Shown here in pieces: positions 63,594-64,000 of a stretch of DNA of 64,000 nucleotides. A program made the translations under genes and the position numbers. This DNA comes from Dimorphilus gyrociliatus (lineage: Eukaryota > Animalia > Annelida), in assembly GCA_904063045.1 (NCBI GenBank), contig CAJFCJ010000052.1:1-64000 (forward strand), written 5' to 3'. The notes beneath the pieces were generated by a model that was given only the letters and a program-made list of their open reading frames with translations, was not told where the DNA came from and did no database searches. The first letter of the stretch is position 1. Each line of letters begins with the position of its first letter.

Positions 63594-64000
63594 GTAAAAA
63601 TGAAACAAACTCTTGTAGCTTTTTATTCTCTTTCTATTAAATTGTTCAACAATTTCTTTCAATTCTATCCCATAATTCCTACTAATTAGTAATTGAACAT
63701 CTATCATATACAGCATATTTAATCATATGTCAAACTTTTTCTATGGGTGACAGGTTAGGAGAATATATAGATTTTTGCTAAGATGAACAATATTCCATAA
63801 ATAATTTAAACAGTATAAATTTATAAAAGATGCTTCTGGAAAATGTGTATTAGTCATAGATTTATTCAATTCTACTTTATCAAAAATATAATCTAGAATA
63901 TTCAAAATAAATTTGACCTCACTGTTTCAAAATCCTGCTTTTCAGAGAGGAGGTTCATTTGGGTTGCATAATTTTTTTCTTCCGTTTTTAAATTCTCTTC

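Overview
This is AT-rich animal DNA with short (about 50-70 nt) introns and one assembly gap (N run at 18482-18772). The gene families and intron sizes suggest a compact-genome lophotrochozoan, for example a Dimorphilus-like annelid; that assignment is inference only. The window is a transposon- and pseudogene-rich accessory region. Mobile DNA includes Mutator (MULE) transposase relics, a roughly 200-bp MULE-type MITE family with 9-bp TSDs carrying telomere-like G-quadruplex motifs, nested Tc1/mariner elements, BEL/Pao-type LTR relics, several solo-LTR families and an LTR element with an env-like ORF. Host genes: a full-length U2 snRNA with compensatory stem II changes; two divergent GRL101-like LDLa-LRR GPCR genes, one continuing after TM7 into a kinase-like domain; a RING-LRR gene plus a disrupted paralog; a CUB type-I membrane protein; a sulfotransferase-fold gene; a discoidin-like/FAMeT-like membrane protein family; a GPI-anchored mosaic protein (FN2-Kringle-FA58C-EGF-FReD[PAN insert]-EGF-TSP1-Ly6); and relics of Slo (BK channel) and SLC16 genes. 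All calls come from manual translation and motif recognition; no database searches were run.
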